Source of the DNA: Lachnospiraceae bacterium | Lineage (GTDB): Bacteria; Bacillota; Clostridia; Lachnospirales; Lachnospiraceae | Length of the DNA: 43,597 nt | Assembly (NCBI GenBank): GCA_045657025.1 | Contig: JAZOSF010000175.1 | Location: 1-43,597 of the forward strand | Direction: 5' to 3' | In this document: positions 43,541-43,597 of the stretch, piece after piece | How the letters are laid out: each line of letters opens with the position of its first letter | How positions within the stretch are numbered: position 1 is the first letter of the stretch | Translations under genes and position numbers: made by a program | Notes under the pieces: model-generated | Told to the model about the DNA's origin: nothing | The model's database searches: none | Seen by the model: the letters and a program-made list of their open reading frames with translations, nothing else

Positions 43541-43597
43541 GCCCTCGACCGATTAGTGACTGTCAGCTGAACATATTACTATGCTTACACCTCAGCC
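43541..43597 (-). rRNA. rrl: 23S rRNA, 3'-terminal ~55 nt (remainder lies beyond the right window edge)
   Basis: Minus strand reads GGCTGAGGTGTAAGCATAGTAATATGTTCAGCTGACAGTCACTAATCGGTCGAGGGCTTAACCT. It aligns by eye with the E. coli 23S 3' end GGCCGGGTGTGTAAGCGCAGCGATGCGTTGAGCTAACCGGTACTAATGAACCGTGAGGCTTAACCTT. Confidence 0.85.

Noticed and set aside
1-43597. Mobile elements, prophage genes, toxin-antitoxin pairs, restriction-modification or other defence systems.
   Set aside because: Reading all ORFs of 60 aa or more on both strands, I saw no transposase, integrase, recombinase, nuclease/helicase defence signature or terminal inverted repeat. The only composition anomaly is the low-GC LtaS-like gene.

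Overview
This 43.6-kb window looks like a low-GC Firmicutes (Clostridia, probably Lachnospiraceae-like) chromosome. That assignment is inferred from gene content and synteny, not from any search. Every gene I can support is on the minus strand.

Reading from high to low coordinates:
- The 3' end of a 23S rRNA and a tRNA-Glu(CUC).
- An AraC-family regulator, then rhaB-rhaA.
- A roughly 14.5-kb operon for a glycyl-radical-enzyme bacterial microcompartment (BMC) of the fucose/rhamnose type. It encodes the glycyl radical enzyme (GRE) diol dehydratase and its activase, a PduU/EutS shell protein, a PduV/EutP GTPase, a class II aldolase, a GlcG/DUF336 protein, an acylating aldehyde dehydrogenase, a Zn alcohol dehydrogenase, four BMC-H paralogs, PduL, a BMC-P pentamer, a PduS-like protein and a PduT-like protein.
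- The operon continues without a visible terminator into a DeoR regulator, a ParA/MinD-type ATPase and a 106-aa Lys/Ala-rich repeat protein.
- Housekeeping genes follow: DegV, a MATE exporter, apt-relA-MBL hydrolase-HemZ-like-hisS-aspS, a divergent Sfp-like PPTase coupled to a GT-C glycosyltransferase, thrS with a Thr T-box, a DUF1540 gene, and a low-GC LtaS-like sulfatase-domain membrane protein.
- Then the L20-leader-controlled infC(ATT start)-rpmI-rplT operon, a UPF0597 protein, pepD, a threonine-aldolase-like gene, an AI-2E transporter, and the start of a RumA-type RNA methyltransferase.

The most interesting candidate is the ParA-type ATPase and its translationally coupled, apparently disordered basic partner at the distal end of the BMC operon. 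This could be a McdAB-like positioning module for a catabolic metabolosome.

Secondary leads:
- A Cys-rich linker in the encapsulated aldolase.
- Shell paralogs with basic or expanded pore loops.
- A triple CCACAC repeat around the BMC promoter.
- Structured RNA between the shell genes and pduL.
- A PPTase/GT-C gene pair.
- A low-GC envelope-gene insertion between thrS and infC.

I found no CRISPR array, transposase or integrase.
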